A stretch of 64,000 bases of DNA from contig OZ251239.1 of NCBI GenBank assembly GCA_965240325.2, positions 558,001-622,000 on the forward strand, read 5' to 3'. This document shows, one piece after another, positions 36,921 to 46,982 of the stretch. Within the stretch, counting starts at the first letter, position 1; each line of letters opens with the position of its first letter. A model generated the notes under the pieces. The model saw only the letters and a list, made by a program, of their open reading frames with translations, did not search any database and was not told the origin of the DNA. Made by a program: the position numbers and the translations under genes. Origin of the DNA: Rebecca billardiae RCC1528. Its lineage: Eukaryota; Protista; Haptophyta.

Positions 36921-39164
36921 CTAGTGCCACGGCCGGCAGGGCGGCTTTGTCGTGGTGCGCGTGCGGCGCATGGCTAGGCCGAATGGCTTGAGCGGCGTGC
37001 TGCGCGAGGTCGGCGGGTGCGGCAGCGCGCTGCGCGCCATCGCGCGCCGCGCCGCCGCGCGCGAGTACACGTGCCAGTGGTCGAGCCGCCCCGCGCCCGG
37101 CGGGTGCTCACCGTGCTCGCCGTGCGGCAGCGCGTCGTTCTCGGCGGCGGCCATCAGCTCGGCGAGGCTCTGCAGGATGTCCGCACGCCCGGTCTCCTCG
37201 GCGAGGAGCTCGCGCTCGAGCGAGCGCTCGCCCTCCGTCTCGGTGTCCAGCGCGGCCATCATCTCGCGCGTCTGCGCGGACAGCAGCTGCGCCACGCTCG
37301 GCGCCACCACCGCCTGCAGGCTCTCCGCCGGCACGAGTGTCGCGAGCACCGCCGCCGGGTGCGGTGGCGGCGAGTAGGAGACAGGGGGCACGAGCGCGAG
37401 CGCGGCGTCCTCGGCGGGCTCGCCGTCGAGCCAGGCGCAGAGCTGCCCCGGCGACGGCGCGAGCCGCGCGCCGTACGCGTACGAGTAGTCCGGGCACTTG
37501 CCGTCGATGTACATCTGCAGCGTCCACAGCACGCCGCGCAAGTACTCCCGCGCGTCGAACAGGTCGCCCGTGGCCGCGGCCGCCGGCTGCTCCTCGTCGT
37601 CGTCGTCGTCGCCCTCGGCGGCGGCGGCGGCGGCCCCCGCGGCGGTGCCGCGCTCCTCGTACCGGTGCAGTCGGCGACGCGCCGCGTCCACCGCGCGCTG
37701 CGCCGCTTCGAACCGCTCCGGGCACAGCGCGCCCAGCGCGCGCTTCGCCGCGGCCCACTGCGCGGACTTGGCGAGCGGGTGCGGCCCCGATCGGAAGCGC
37801 TGGCCACCGAGAACGACGGTCGATCGCCACTGCGCGCCGCCGCGCCCCGCGCGCTCGTCGATGTACCGCGGGCGGTTGGTGAGCCGCAGCACCTGCGCGC
37901 ACTCGTTCAGCTTCATCGCGTACACCGCGCCGCGCACCGTCGCCTCGTCCGTCGCGCGCCGCATCTGCGCGAGGTCCGCTGCACTCACGTGGGTAATCTC
38001 CTGGGCGCGCTCGTCCAGCGTCGCCATTAGCGCGCGCAGGAACTCGACGTCGAAGGAGCGGCGGCGCGCGTCGACGAGGCCGCGCGCGCCGCCGAACTCG
38101 GGGGTACCCTTGTGCCGCACGTACGCGCCGTACAGCTCGGAGATCGTCACGCCGCGCAGCCTGGGCAAGTAATCATTTCCATACATGCAGAGCAGCGCGG
38201 TCAGGTCATGCGTCGTCTGTACGGCCGAGCAGTTGGGGAAGGACGCCTCGAGCTGCGCGGCGAGCTCGAGGACGGAGATGCGCACCCACGGCAGCTGGCC
38301 GCGCCGCGGCGCGCCGGCGTGCGTCTTCGCCACCGTCGAGTGCGTGAACACCTCGAAGCGGAACGCGCCGCCGCCGCCATCACTGCCGCCGCCATCGCCA
38401 CGCTCGCTCCCGCCGCCGCCGCCGCCGCCGCCGCTGCCGCCGCCGCCCCCCTCCGCCGAGCCGAGCGCGCCGTGCACCTCGAGAGCCGAGCCCATCAGCC
38501 TTGGCAGCGCCGAGATGCACTGCAGCACCAGGTCCACGTCCGAGCCGATCACGCAGATCGAGCGCGTGTCCGGGCCGTCCGGCTGCGCGGGCGGCAGGTG
38601 GCAGTTGAGCCAGTCGATGATCTTCACCTCACCCTCACCCGCCACCTGTGAGCCCGAGATCCAGAAGCGGACGGAGCGGTAGGCCGGGTCGGTCTGCAGC
38701 CTGCGGCAGGCGTAGTACGCGCACGCGTCGAGCATCTCGCGCATGAAGTCCGAGCCGGGCGTGATCACCATCGACGAGAGCTTGCCCGCGGGCGTGCGGC
38801 GCTTGGCGCGCCGCCGCCGCTGCGTTAGGAGCTTGGCGCGCGGGCCCGGGCCGTCGAAGGCGAGGACGACGGACTTGGTCGGCACGCACCGGCGGAGCTG
38901 CAGGTTCAGCTCCATGAACACCAGGATCTTCGCGTGCTCCAGGTCGTTCGCCTTGCGCACCGAGTGGTGCAGCACCTGGTTCATGTCGAGCAGCACGTGC
39001 TCGTACTCGCGCGTCGCCGCCTCGCTGATGTGCTCGAAGGCGGACGGGAACTTCTTGCGGAACCACGTCTGCAGCCCGGCGATGCCGCCGTCCACCGGCG
39101 TCGCGTGCCACGCCGCCGCCGCCGCCGCGCACCACACCCACCACGACGGCTTGCGCGACGCCAT
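36921..39164 (-). CDS. XRN-family 5'-3' exoribonuclease with N-terminal signal-like extension and inserted dsRNA-binding motif
   Basis: GIAGLQTWFRKKFP, LLDMNQVLH, AFDGPGPRAKLLTQRRRR, ITPGSDFM, AGEGEVKI, GSDVDL, GNDYLP, YLRGVLWTLQMY. dsRBM-like KLNECAQ..PRY..STVVLGG..AKSAQWAAAKRAL. Confidence 0.88.
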   Translation of the reverse strand: MASRKPSWWVWCAAAAAAWHATPVDGGIAGLQTWFRKKFPSAFEHISEAATREYEHVLLDMNQVLHHSVRKANDLEHAKILVFMELNLQLRRCVPTKSVVLAFDGPGPRAKLLTQRRRRAKRRTPAGKLSSMVITPGSDFMREMLDACAYYACRRLQTDPAYRSVRFWISGSQVAGEGEVKIIDWLNCHLPPAQPDGPDTRSICVIGSDVDLVLQCISALPRLMGSALEVHGALGSAEGGGGGSGGGGGGGGSERGDGGGSDGGGGAFRFEVFTHSTVAKTHAGAPRRGQLPWVRISVLELAAQLEASFPNCSAVQTTHDLTALLCMYGNDYLPRLRGVTISELYGAYVRHKGTPEFGGARGLVDARRRSFDVEFLRALMATLDERAQEITHVSAADLAQMRRATDEATVRGAVYAMKLNECAQVLRLTNRPRYIDERAGRGGAQWRSTVVLGGQRFRSGPHPLAKSAQWAAAKRALGALCPERFEAAQRAVDAARRRLHRYEERGTAAGAAAAAAEGDDDDDEEQPAAAATGDLFDAREYLRGVLWTLQMYIDGKCPDYSYAYGARLAPSPGQLCAWLDGEPAEDAALALVPPVSYSPPPHPAAVLATLVPAESLQAVVAPSVAQLLSAQTREMMAALDTETEGERSLERELLAEETGRADILQSLAELMAAAENDALPHGEHGEHPPGAGRLDHWHVYSRAAARRAMARSALPHPPTSRSTPLKPFGLAMRRTRTTTKPPCRPWH

Positions 39165-39445
39165 CACCGCTCCCCGCGAGAGGATTACGATACGACGTCG
39201 TGATGGCTGTCGCTCGGCGTGCGTGCCGCCGTGCCCGCCGCTTCGGGCCGAGCACCATTCGGAGGCATTCAGTGCGCCATGCTGATGAAAAGGCTGATTT
39301 CATGATGATTATTTTGGTCACGTTGTTCCCGGACGGATCACGCGACTCTGCTGCTGAGACTGGTCATCCCGTCGGACGTCGTGGCCGCGTACCACCCAAA
39401 GTGGCAGTATAGTTCCACGTAGTCGCTGGCCCCGCCGCCACTCAC

Positions 39446-41101
39446 TCACGCCTCCGCGCCGGCGGGCGAGGCGGCGTCCTCCGCCAACGAGCTGCAGAGG
39501 GGCTGCTGCCGCTGCTTCGGGCTTCGGCGGAGCGGCGGTGAGCCTTTGTCTTTGAGCTCGGCGGGGTGCGCGCTCGTCGGCTCGCGCGGCAGCTTGCGGT
39601 GCAGCCTGCCAAAGTCACCGAGCACCGCGTCGAGCCGCTTGGCGAAGAGCTCGATCTCCGCGCGCCGCTGCCCCACCGCGCTCGCCACGGTGAAGTAAGG
39701 CGTGGGATAGTCAGCGCAGTGCGCGCCAAACCCCTGGAAGTGAACACCCTCAATGGTCTTGGCGCCTGACGGCACGACGACGCGCGCGCCCGAGACGAGG
39801 CGGGAGAAGAGGCGCGAGCCGAACGCGGTGAGCTGCTCGGCCGACGCGTCCGCGGCGCCGTCGGCCGCCCCCTCGCCCGGGCTCGCCCCGCTCCCGCCGC
39901 CGCCGCTCCCGCGCCGCAGGCAGCCCCTCAATGTGATTGCTCGCGAGATCGGGTTGGCCGGCGTCGAGAGCACGCGCTCGCCGTGCGCCTCGGCGACGCG
40001 GCCGACCTGCTCGACGAGCGCGCGGAAGTTGTGCTCGCGCTCGGCCAGCAGCGCGTCCCACCCGTCCGCGCCGAGGTACAGCAGCGTGACGAACAGGTCG
40101 AGCACGGGCGCGGCGGACGCACGGCCGGCGTAAGTCTTGGAGACTTGGGCGAGTAGCGCGGGCGCGTGCGGCGCGCAGCCCTTGCCCCTCGCCGAGACGG
40201 CGACGATCGCGCCGCCGACGGGCACGAGGAAGTTCTTGTCCGTCGACTGGATGATGGCGTCCACGCGCCCGTGGTTCATCGCCGCGTCCAGCGCCTTCAT
40301 GATCGGCCGGCACTGCACGCCGTAAGCATTGTTTACGACATGCGGCACGTTTTTTGCCGCGCACTCGCGCGCGAGCGCGAGCACGTCGTCGGGGGCGCGC
40401 GGCGCGAAGCACGAGGTGGTGGAAAGGACGCAGAGGACGGCGTCGGGACCGAGCCGCTCGATCGCCGCGCGCACGGCCGGCACGTCCGTCACGATCTGCT
40501 CGCCGCCCTGCGTGTCGTCCCGTACGCCGTCGACGACGACCGGCGTGAGTCCGGCCGCGAGGATGGCCTTGAAGCACGCCTTCTGGTCGATGCGCGGCCA
40601 GATGACGTGCGTGGCGGCGGCGCCGCGGAGCCTGCGCAGCGCGAGGAGGGTGAGCGTCATCGTCATCCCCGTCGCGAGCGGCAGCACCAGCGCCTGCGAG
40701 AGCATCGGCGCGCCCGCGCGCCGGAGCGCGTCGAGAGCGAGCGCGTTTGCCAGCTTGAGCATCAGCGAGGAGCCGGCGGCCTTGGGCTGGACCTCGGCGA
40801 TGTCGCCCGAGCGGCCGATGCCGTGGGCGAGGCGGTAGTGCCGCCGCGCGACCAGCGGGCAGACCACGCGCCCCTCGCGCTCGCCCACGCCCGCGTTCCC
40901 CACGAAGTTGTTCGAGTCCATCGACGCGAGCTCGTGCAGCAGCAGCTCGATGGACGTCTCGTCCCAGCCGTGCGTGGGCAGCCGGCGCTGCGCGAGGAGC
41001 GACTTGACGAGGCTCTCGCGCGTGTGCCGCGACTGCGCGCCCTGGCGCACGTACGCCACGGGCACCAGCTGCTCGGCCAGCGCGAAGTTGGCGTCGTTCA
41101 T
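39446..41101 (-). CDS. SEPSECS: O-phosphoseryl-tRNA(Sec) selenium transferase (SepSecS)
   Basis: MDSNNF..GVGEREGRV, HGIGRSGDIAEVQPKAAGSS, WPRIDQKACFK, TTSCFAPR, HVVNNAYGVQ, PLP-lysine motif QSTDKNFLVPVGG. Confidence 0.96.
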   Translation of the reverse strand: MNDANFALAEQLVPVAYVRQGAQSRHTRESLVKSLLAQRRLPTHGWDETSIELLLHELASMDSNNFVGNAGVGEREGRVVCPLVARRHYRLAHGIGRSGDIAEVQPKAAGSSLMLKLANALALDALRRAGAPMLSQALVLPLATGMTMTLTLLALRRLRGAAATHVIWPRIDQKACFKAILAAGLTPVVVDGVRDDTQGGEQIVTDVPAVRAAIERLGPDAVLCVLSTTSCFAPRAPDDVLALARECAAKNVPHVVNNAYGVQCRPIMKALDAAMNHGRVDAIIQSTDKNFLVPVGGAIVAVSARGKGCAPHAPALLAQVSKTYAGRASAAPVLDLFVTLLYLGADGWDALLAEREHNFRALVEQVGRVAEAHGERVLSTPANPISRAITLRGCLRRGSGGGGSGASPGEGAADGAADASAEQLTAFGSRLFSRLVSGARVVVPSGAKTIEGVHFQGFGAHCADYPTPYFTVASAVGQRRAEIELFAKRLDAVLGDFGRLHRKLPREPTSAHPAELKDKGSPPLRRSPKQRQQPLCSSLAEDAASPAGAEA

Positions 41102-41245
41102 CGCGCACGCGCTCGAGAGGCCGCACGCGCGCACGCCCACTCGAGCGGTTTCCACGATGGCAGTCCTGCGCGACTTCCGCTTCACGCTGCTCACCAGGTC
41201 GTGAGGGGTGCGCGGAACAACGGGCTCGCGAGCCCGCCGCCGCCC

Positions 41246-43036
41246 ATGTACGGCGGCGGCGGCGGCGGTAGGCAGCCGAGGACGGAGGTCTCGCCCCGGG
41301 CGTCGGAGCGCGCGGAGCCGAGCGAGGTGTCCATCCTGAACGACCTCTTCTCGCCGCTGCGCTCGGTGCCCTCGCCCGCCATGCCGACGCGCGCGTCGCA
41401 TGCGTCGATCGAGGCGCACCTGATCTGCGTCAGCCTCGTATTTATTGCGTGCTGCTGCTTCGGCGTGCTGCTGGTGTACCTGCAGCCGGTGCTCAAGCCG
41501 CTCATCTTCGCCCTCTTCCTCGCCTACCTCCTCTCGCCCGCCGTCGAGTTCCTCACCACGCCCTTCTCGCCCAGCCAGATCTTTGCGCGCCTCACGGGCG
41601 CCAAGGCGGAGCGGCGCGACCTGGACGAGGAGGAGGCGCTGGTCGTCGGCCCGTTCCGCTCGCGGCGCACGCGCGCGCCGAACGACGCAGGCCTCATCGC
41701 GTGCCCGCACTCGCTCGCCGTCTTCTTCGTCCTCTTCCTCACCTCCATCGTGATCTTCATGCTCGTGAACCTCGTCATCTCGTCGATCGCCTCGCTGCAG
41801 GAGAAGTTCCCAAAGTGCGCGCGACCCGCGCAGCGCGCAGCGCACAGCGCGCAGCGCACCGCGCGTGCGGCGTACGGGCGGGAGCGTGCGCACGGGCGCC
41901 CGCCAATGTCGCTGCTGCCGGGGCTGCGCGCGCAGCCGCTACCAGTCCCTTTGCGACGGATCCTGACGATCGCCCGTGGCGCCGCCCCGCCACTGCCTGC
42001 CCGCCCTGGCGCCGCCGTGCCCCGCCCCGGCAGGTACAAGGAGCAGGCGATCACGCTGATCCACTACGCGCGCTCGACGCTCGGGCGCGACACGCCGCTC
42101 TCCAAGTTCCTCCGCTCGGCGCACATCTCGCTCTCACTGCCAGGAGCCGCGTCCCCGGTCGAGCTCTCGCGCGTGCCCGCCGCGTGGCTGAGCAAGTGGA
42201 TCCAGGAGGTGCCTATCACGTCGTACCTGATGAGCATCGCGTCGGCGGTGCTCGCGTCGATGCAGACGGTGGCGATCGTGCTGCTCTTCGCGGTGTTCCT
42301 CATGCTCGGCTGGGGCCGCGGGGAGCACGGGGCGCACGGCCCTGGCGTCGGCGGCGGCGGCGGCGGCGGCGGCTTGGCCTATGAGCGCGAGCGGCGCGCG
42401 GCGCGCGCGCGCGCCGAGTCGGACGCGGACGAGGAGGCGCGCGCGGAGCGCATGCCGCTGGCGGAGAAGATCGACCACCAGGTGCGACGGTACATCGTGC
42501 TCAAGTCGGGGCTCTCGGCGCTCACCGCCGTGAGCGTCGGCGTCACCCTCGGCCTGCTCGACGTCGACCTCTCATTTCTTTTCGGCCTTTTCTCCTTCTT
42601 CGCGAATTTCATCCCAAACGTGGGCGCGGTCGTGGCGACGCTGCTGCCGCTGCCAGTGGTGTGCCTTGACCCGACGATGACGTGGTGGGGCGGGCTGCTG
42701 GCGATCCTGCTGCCGCTCGCGATCCACATGGTGATCGGCAACGTGATCGAGCCCAAGGTCTTCGGCATGGGTCTCGCACTGCACCCGGTGGTCGTCCTCT
42801 TCACGATTCTCCTCTGGGCCCTCGCGTGGGGCATCTCTGGCATGATTGTGAGTGTGCCGCTGACGGCGGTGCTGCGCATCGTGCTCAAGGAGATCAGGCA
42901 TCCGTACAGCGCGGTGGTCGTCGACCTGCTCGAGGGGCGCTGGCTGCCGCAGCGAGGCGCGGGCGTGCCGCTCTCCTCACAGCCGCGCGGCCGGCCGCCG
43001 GACGGCCCCGTCACGCCGACGCCGCACCACATCTGA
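41246..43036 (+). CDS. AI-2E (UPF0118/PerM) family transporter; intron 41815-42033
   Basis: VLKPLIFALFLAYLLSP; RYIVLKS; FFANFIPNVGAVV; IGNVIEPKVFG..LHPVVVL..WGISGMIVSVPLT. An in-frame 219-bp GT-AG intron interrupts FPK-YKEQ. Confidence 0.9.
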   Translation: MYGGGGGGRQPRTEVSPRASERAEPSEVSILNDLFSPLRSVPSPAMPTRASHASIEAHLICVSLVFIACCCFGVLLVYLQPVLKPLIFALFLAYLLSPAVEFLTTPFSPSQIFARLTGAKAERRDLDEEEALVVGPFRSRRTRAPNDAGLIACPHSLAVFFVLFLTSIVIFMLVNLVISSIASLQEKFPKCARPAQRAAHSAQRTARAAYGRERAHGRPPMSLLPGLRAQPLPVPLRRILTIARGAAPPLPARPGAAVPRPGRYKEQAITLIHYARSTLGRDTPLSKFLRSAHISLSLPGAASPVELSRVPAAWLSKWIQEVPITSYLMSIASAVLASMQTVAIVLLFAVFLMLGWGRGEHGAHGPGVGGGGGGGGLAYERERRAARARAESDADEEARAERMPLAEKIDHQVRRYIVLKSGLSALTAVSVGVTLGLLDVDLSFLFGLFSFFANFIPNVGAVVATLLPLPVVCLDPTMTWWGGLLAILLPLAIHMVIGNVIEPKVFGMGLALHPVVVLFTILLWALAWGISGMIVSVPLTAVLRIVLKEIRHPYSAVVVDLLEGRWLPQRGAGVPLSSQPRGRPPDGPVTPTPHHI

Positions 43037-43387
43037 CGCGCGGGCCGCCGGCGCACCGCCTCCGCGCATCCCGCCGGTACGGGCAGCGCGGCGCCCGAGC
43101 CCACGCTGCTGACGCGCACGGGCCTGCGGCATCAGGCATGATGACGGCCTGGCATCGGCCTGGGCCCGTTTCCGGGCCGGTCGGCGGGGATCGGCGCCGT
43201 GCGGGCTGCGCGGCCCGGCGCACCCTGCGGCGCAGTGGGTGGACGTACGCACAGTCCCCATGCATCATCGTCATGCTCGTCCTGCTTATCATATGCTCGT
43301 CCTGCTTATCTACATTCATCATGCAGTACTATACTACTTGACTGTTATTAGCTGCAGTCGTCATCAGTCAGCACGCGACTACTGATG

Positions 43388-44116
43388 CTAAGGCTGAGGC
43401 TGAGCCGCCAGTGCCTCGAGCGTCACCTTGTGCACCTCATGGACCTCGCCCCGGCGGAGCACGTCCCAGAAGCGGCGCGTGTCGGCGTGCGAGGCGTCGG
43501 CGAGCTCGAGCAGCGTCCTCTCCGCCGAGTGCAGGTGGTCGCGGCAGCGGTAGCCTCGCAGGTCACGCCCACCCAGCGACCACCATCGCAGCTTGAGCGT
43601 GGCGTCAGGCACGGTGGCGCGCGCGTCGACGCATGCGCGCTCGACCTCGGCAGGACCGAGCTCGCTGCCGGAGAGGATCACGCGCATGAGCGCGACCGCC
43701 GCGATCACCTCCTCCGAGCGCATCGCCAGCTCGATCAGCGAGAGCTGCGCGCCGCGGCCGGCAGCGCCGAACGCGGCGGCGAGCTGCTGCTCCGCGTCTG
43801 CAAACGCTGCGCAGCGCACAGAGCGCTCCGGCGAGCCGAGCACGCGCACGCTGGCGGTGGCACGCTCGAGCTCGAGCCGGGCGGCCGCGCGCGCTGCGCG
43901 GAAGCGCGCGCGAGCGTCCGCGCCGCACCCACCGCCGCCAAAGCTGAGCGCGCTCAACCTCTCCCAGAGGTCCGCGCGCCGGGAGACGGCGGCGAGCGCG
44001 CGGCACGCGAGAGCCGCGGGGCGGAGGGCGAAAGTGTGCGGCGGCTCGGAGACCTTGAGCATGATCTCTACGAGCACGTCGGGCGGCAGCTCGGCCAACG
44101 TCGCGGCGGTCGCCAT
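43388..44116 (-). CDS. F-box-like protein
   Basis: N-terminal LAELPPDVLVEIML..ALACRALAAVSRRADLWERL. Confidence 0.6.
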   Translation of the reverse strand: MATAATLAELPPDVLVEIMLKVSEPPHTFALRPAALACRALAAVSRRADLWERLSALSFGGGGCGADARARFRAARAAARLELERATASVRVLGSPERSVRCAAFADAEQQLAAAFGAAGRGAQLSLIELAMRSEEVIAAVALMRVILSGSELGPAEVERACVDARATVPDATLKLRWWSLGGRDLRGYRCRDHLHSAERTLLELADASHADTRRFWDVLRRGEVHEVHKVTLEALAAQPQP

Positions 44117-44489
44117 CCCCCGCCCGCCTTTCCGCCGAACGTCGCGGCCCGCACGTCCACAGCCCTCTTCCGCGGCGATGGTTCTTACACGAGAGCATCA
44201 ATCTTCGCGCGCGCGAATTTGATGACAGCCGCCCTGCCTTTTCGTTCGCGATGAGCGCAACCGGCAAACCGTCGTGTTCGGAATCGATATAAGATTCCGA
44301 TTTCCGTCATCGCGGCGGCCGGTCTCCTGGTCGGAGCGAGCAGGCCAGCGCGCACTCGGCAACTCACTCAGAGTCCTGCTGGCCAGTGCTCGGCAAAGGC
44401 GTCCATGCTCGCCGGACCGTGACGGGCTGTCCGGGCACGCAACGGGCCCCGCCCCCGCAGCACGCTCACATGCTGGCAGCAATACGTGC

Positions 44490-46844
44490 TCAGTCGAGCG
44501 CCAACGCCAGCCCGCGCGCGCGCCGGCGCGCGGCGCGCGCGCCGAGCAGCCGACAGCCAAGCGCGCGCGCGCGCGCCGATCCCTCGAGCAGCGCCGCCTC
44601 CGCCACGAGCGCGAGGAGCGCGGGGCCGAGCGCGAGGAGCGCGAGCGCGCCGAGCGGCGAGCGCGCGAGCTGCACGGCGTGCGCGCGCACCAGCATGCGC
44701 GCCAGCCGGTTGCGCCGCGCGAGCCGTTGCAGCCGCCACGGCGAGAGGCGGCGGCGCGTGCGCACCCGGAGCCCGCGAGGGAGCGCGCGCGCCGCGCTCG
44801 CAACGCCGAGCAGCGCGGTGCGCGCGGCGGCGAGGACCGTCGCGCGGAGCGCGCTGCGCTCGCGCGGGCTCGCGTCGCACAGCATCTCGCGCTGCGCGCG
44901 CACCACGCCGCGCAGCGCCGCGCCGCACAGACTTGGCGTGCTCACGGACACGGCGACGCGGCGCAACGCGCCGCCTTCAACCGACGGTTCAAGCACCAGC
45001 GCGCCGGCCTCGGCGGCGGCGCGGCGGAGGCGTGCCTCGGCGCTGCTCGGGCCGGCCGAGGCGGGGTCGGGCTGCTGCGCGGCGGCGCTCGGGCCGGCGG
45101 AGGCGGCGGCCTCGTCGCGCCCGCCCAGCAGCCGCAGCCGCGCCCAGCGCGGCACGCCCTCCTCGTCGACGCACAGCTCGCGCAGCGCGCGCCGCCCCTC
45201 CGCGGTCCGTGGCGTAAGCGCGCGGCGCACCGCGTGCGGCAACGCCTCGTCGACGGCTGAGATCGGGGTGGCGAGCTCGGAGGCGAAGCCGTCGAGGGTG
45301 ACGACGGCGCGGATGATGAAGACCATCCACGAGGGCAGCACGAAGCGGTAGCTCAGCGAGAGGCTCGAGAGCGCCGTCGTCATCTCCGAGAAGGATCGAT
45401 CGGCGCCCGCCTCCTGATCCATGTGTGCGACGAACGCCGCTGCAAACGTTTTCTCGTCGACGCTCGCCCAGCGTCCGGGCGCGAGCGGCCCGGCGGGCTC
45501 GCCGGTGCGCGCGTCGACCCAGAGCGAGGGGCGCGGCGGGAGCAGCCCGAGCGCGCGCAGGTCGCCGATCAGCTCCTCCCACCTCCGGCCCAGCGTGTGC
45601 AGGATCCCCAGCGCCATCGCCTCCTGCTGCGCCACGGTGCACGACGTCACAAGCCCAAAGTCTAAAAGAGCGAGCTGGCCGCGTGGTGTGTACAGCATGT
45701 TGCCGTAGTGCGGGTCGGCGTGGATCACGCCGGTGCGCAGGAGCTGGAGGAAGCACGCGCGCAGCCCGAGCCGGATCATCGCCTCCTGCTCCGCCGCGCC
45801 CAGCTCCGTCAGCTTCCGCCCGTCCACCCAGCCCATTGTGAGCACGCGGCGCGCGCTCAGCGCTCGGAGCGAGCTCGGAACCGTTAGCTGTGGCATCAGC
45901 GGCGTGTGCACGCGCTCGAAGGCGGCGGCCTGCTCGGCCTCGAGGCGGAAGTCGATCTCGCGGAACAGCCCCGCGCCCACCTCCGCCGTCATCTCCTCGA
46001 TGTCCGCCTCCTCGCTCAGCACGCCCAGCGCGCGCAGCCAGCGCAGCAGCAGCCGGACCACCGTGCAGTCGAGCGCAACGTTGGAAGCCACGCCCGGGCG
46101 CTGTACCTTGACTGCGACCGCCTCGCCGTCGGCGGTGACGGCGCGGTACACCTGCGCGAGCGAGGCCGCGGCGATCGGCGCGTCCGATATCGCCGCGAAG
46201 AGCGGCGCCGCCGACTCCGACCCCGACCCCGCCGCCGCGTCCGCGCCCGCGTCCGCCACCGCCGCCGCCGCCGCGCGGCGCAGCTCCCACTCGCGAGGTT
46301 CGAGCGCGGCCGCGGGCACGCGCGCGGCCGTGACGTGCTCGGGCGCGACGCCGAGCTCGCGCGCGATCGTGCGCATCGCAACCCCGTCGTCGAACACGAC
46401 GTTCGCGTCCTGCAGCGACGCCAGCGCGTCGGCCGCCTCGTCGCCGATAATGTCGGGCCGCGTGGCGAGCGTCTGGCTCAGCTTGACAAAGACGACACCG
46501 AGCGAGGACATGGCGTCACGCAGCCGGTCGCCACGGTCCTCGGCGCGCGTGAGCCACGCGAGCGCGACCGATGCGCCCGTCGCGCCCACCTGCGCCAGCC
46601 GCACCGCGACGGTGAGCGGGCGCGCGGCGTAGAAGTCGCCGATCAGAGCCATCTTCGATTCAAACTGCATGTCGCGTGCGACCATGGCCTCCTCGAGCGG
46701 GTTGACGTGGACGGGCGCGGCTGGGACGGACATGGACATGGCCACGGCACGAGGCGCCGTGGAGCAAAACTGGACCCCTCTGCCCGAAGAGCGGGCGCCG
46801 GAGATGGCGCTCGCGGCGAGGACGGCGGCCCATGCAGGCGTCAT
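44490..46844 (-). CDS. ABC1/UbiB atypical kinase (ABC1K), probably plastid-targeted; alternative start 46898
   Basis: FVKLSQTLATRPDI, PIAAASLAQVYRA, VAVKVQRP, REIDFRLEA, HADPHYGN, LLDFGL; N-terminal signal-like MTPAWAAVLAASAISG. Confidence 0.9.
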   Translation of the reverse strand: MTPAWAAVLAASAISGARSSGRGVQFCSTAPRAVAMSMSVPAAPVHVNPLEEAMVARDMQFESKMALIGDFYAARPLTVAVRLAQVGATGASVALAWLTRAEDRGDRLRDAMSSLGVVFVKLSQTLATRPDIIGDEAADALASLQDANVVFDDGVAMRTIARELGVAPEHVTAARVPAAALEPREWELRRAAAAAVADAGADAAAGSGSESAAPLFAAISDAPIAAASLAQVYRAVTADGEAVAVKVQRPGVASNVALDCTVVRLLLRWLRALGVLSEEADIEEMTAEVGAGLFREIDFRLEAEQAAAFERVHTPLMPQLTVPSSLRALSARRVLTMGWVDGRKLTELGAAEQEAMIRLGLRACFLQLLRTGVIHADPHYGNMLYTPRGQLALLDFGLVTSCTVAQQEAMALGILHTLGRRWEELIGDLRALGLLPPRPSLWVDARTGEPAGPLAPGRWASVDEKTFAAAFVAHMDQEAGADRSFSEMTTALSSLSLSYRFVLPSWMVFIIRAVVTLDGFASELATPISAVDEALPHAVRRALTPRTAEGRRALRELCVDEEGVPRWARLRLLGGRDEAAASAGPSAAAQQPDPASAGPSSAEARLRRAAAEAGALVLEPSVEGGALRRVAVSVSTPSLCGAALRGVVRAQREMLCDASPRERSALRATVLAAARTALLGVASAARALPRGLRVRTRRRLSPWRLQRLARRNRLARMLVRAHAVQLARSPLGALALLALGPALLALVAEAALLEGSARARALGCRLLGARAARRRARGLALALD

Positions 46845-46982
46845 TAGCGCGACAAGACCCGATACTTGTATGCGTGGTGACGAAAACGTTGGCGCCATTT
46901 TCTCGCACCACGAATCCTTGGTTCGGCCCGCCCGGGTCGGGCGGCGCGCGCAAGCCGGTGCGCCACGCACAAGCTGGCCGGC

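Noticed and set aside
39200-41300. tRNA-Sec or SECIS element near SepSecS
   Set aside because: No cloverleaf or SECIS core recognisable by eye, and no in-frame TGA gene identified; would need tRNAscan-SE or SECISearch.
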